NCBI GenBank assembly: GCA_965205655.1
Contig: CBDBIJ010000101.1
Coordinates: 1-18,429 of the forward strand
Direction: 5' to 3'
Length of the DNA stretch: 18,429 nucleotides
Origin: Candidatus Latescibacterota bacterium
GTDB lineage: Bacteria > Latescibacterota > UBA2968 > UBA8231
How positions within the stretch are numbered: position 1 is the first letter of the stretch; each line of letters opens with the position of its first letter. The translations under genes were made by a program, and so were the position numbers. Below, piece after piece: positions 18,260 through 18,429 of the stretch. The notes beneath the pieces are model-generated. The model searched no databases. It saw nothing but the letters and a program-made list of their open reading frames with translations, and was not told where the DNA came from.

Positions 18260-18429
18260 ATGATTGGGGACATCGCTCTGGGCAGGTTCGTGCCCATCGA
18301 TTCACCCATCCACCGGCTCGACCCCCGGACGAAACTGATGTGCACGGTGGCTGTCACCCTGGCTCTGTTCGCCGGGGGCAATGTGGCCGCATTCGTCACA
18401 TGCGGTGTATTCGCAGCCCTCTCAACCCT
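18260..18429 (+). CDS. ecfT: Energy-coupling factor transporter transmembrane component T, 5' part (runs off the right edge)
   Basis: Manual translation MIGDIALGRFVPIDSPIHRLDPRTKL followed by a hydrophobic segment, the typical EcfT/CbiQ N-terminus; starts 5 nt after the xerD stop. Not in the ORF track. Confidence 0.88.
   Translation, partial: MIGDIALGRFVPIDSPIHRLDPRTKLMCTVAVTLALFAGGNVAAFVTCGVFAALST

Overview
GC-rich bacterial chromosomal window. The giant secreted protein with cohesin-like and EF-hand/dockerin-like modules and a YPNPFNP/FlgD-type tail suggests an FCB-group lineage such as Latescibacterota or Gemmatimonadota; this placement is inference only. Left to right: (1) a minus-strand housekeeping operon ndk-yceD-rpmF-fabH-fabD (partial) with no plsX; (2) back-to-back sigma70-type promoters; (3) a plus-strand cluster of a SAMHD1-like HD phosphohydrolase, a secreted CsgG-like/FGE-domain protein and an RlmI-like rRNA methyltransferase; (4) a roughly 2,200-aa minus-strand secreted modular protein interrupted by a complete IS256-family element (9680-11108) with an exact 8-bp target duplication; (5) an AT-rich regulatory interval with a CRP/FNR-like palindrome and GTTAC-N3-RTAAC repeats; (6) a plus-strand run uvrC-ogt-xerD-ecfT (partial). 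About eight small frameshifts, mostly in G or C runs, look like long-read errors. The most unusual signals are two tandem perfect 13-bp hairpins with compensatory changes inside an in-frame insertion at the 3' end of xerD, the IS-interrupted giant repeat protein, and the candidate operator array upstream of the DNA-repair genes.
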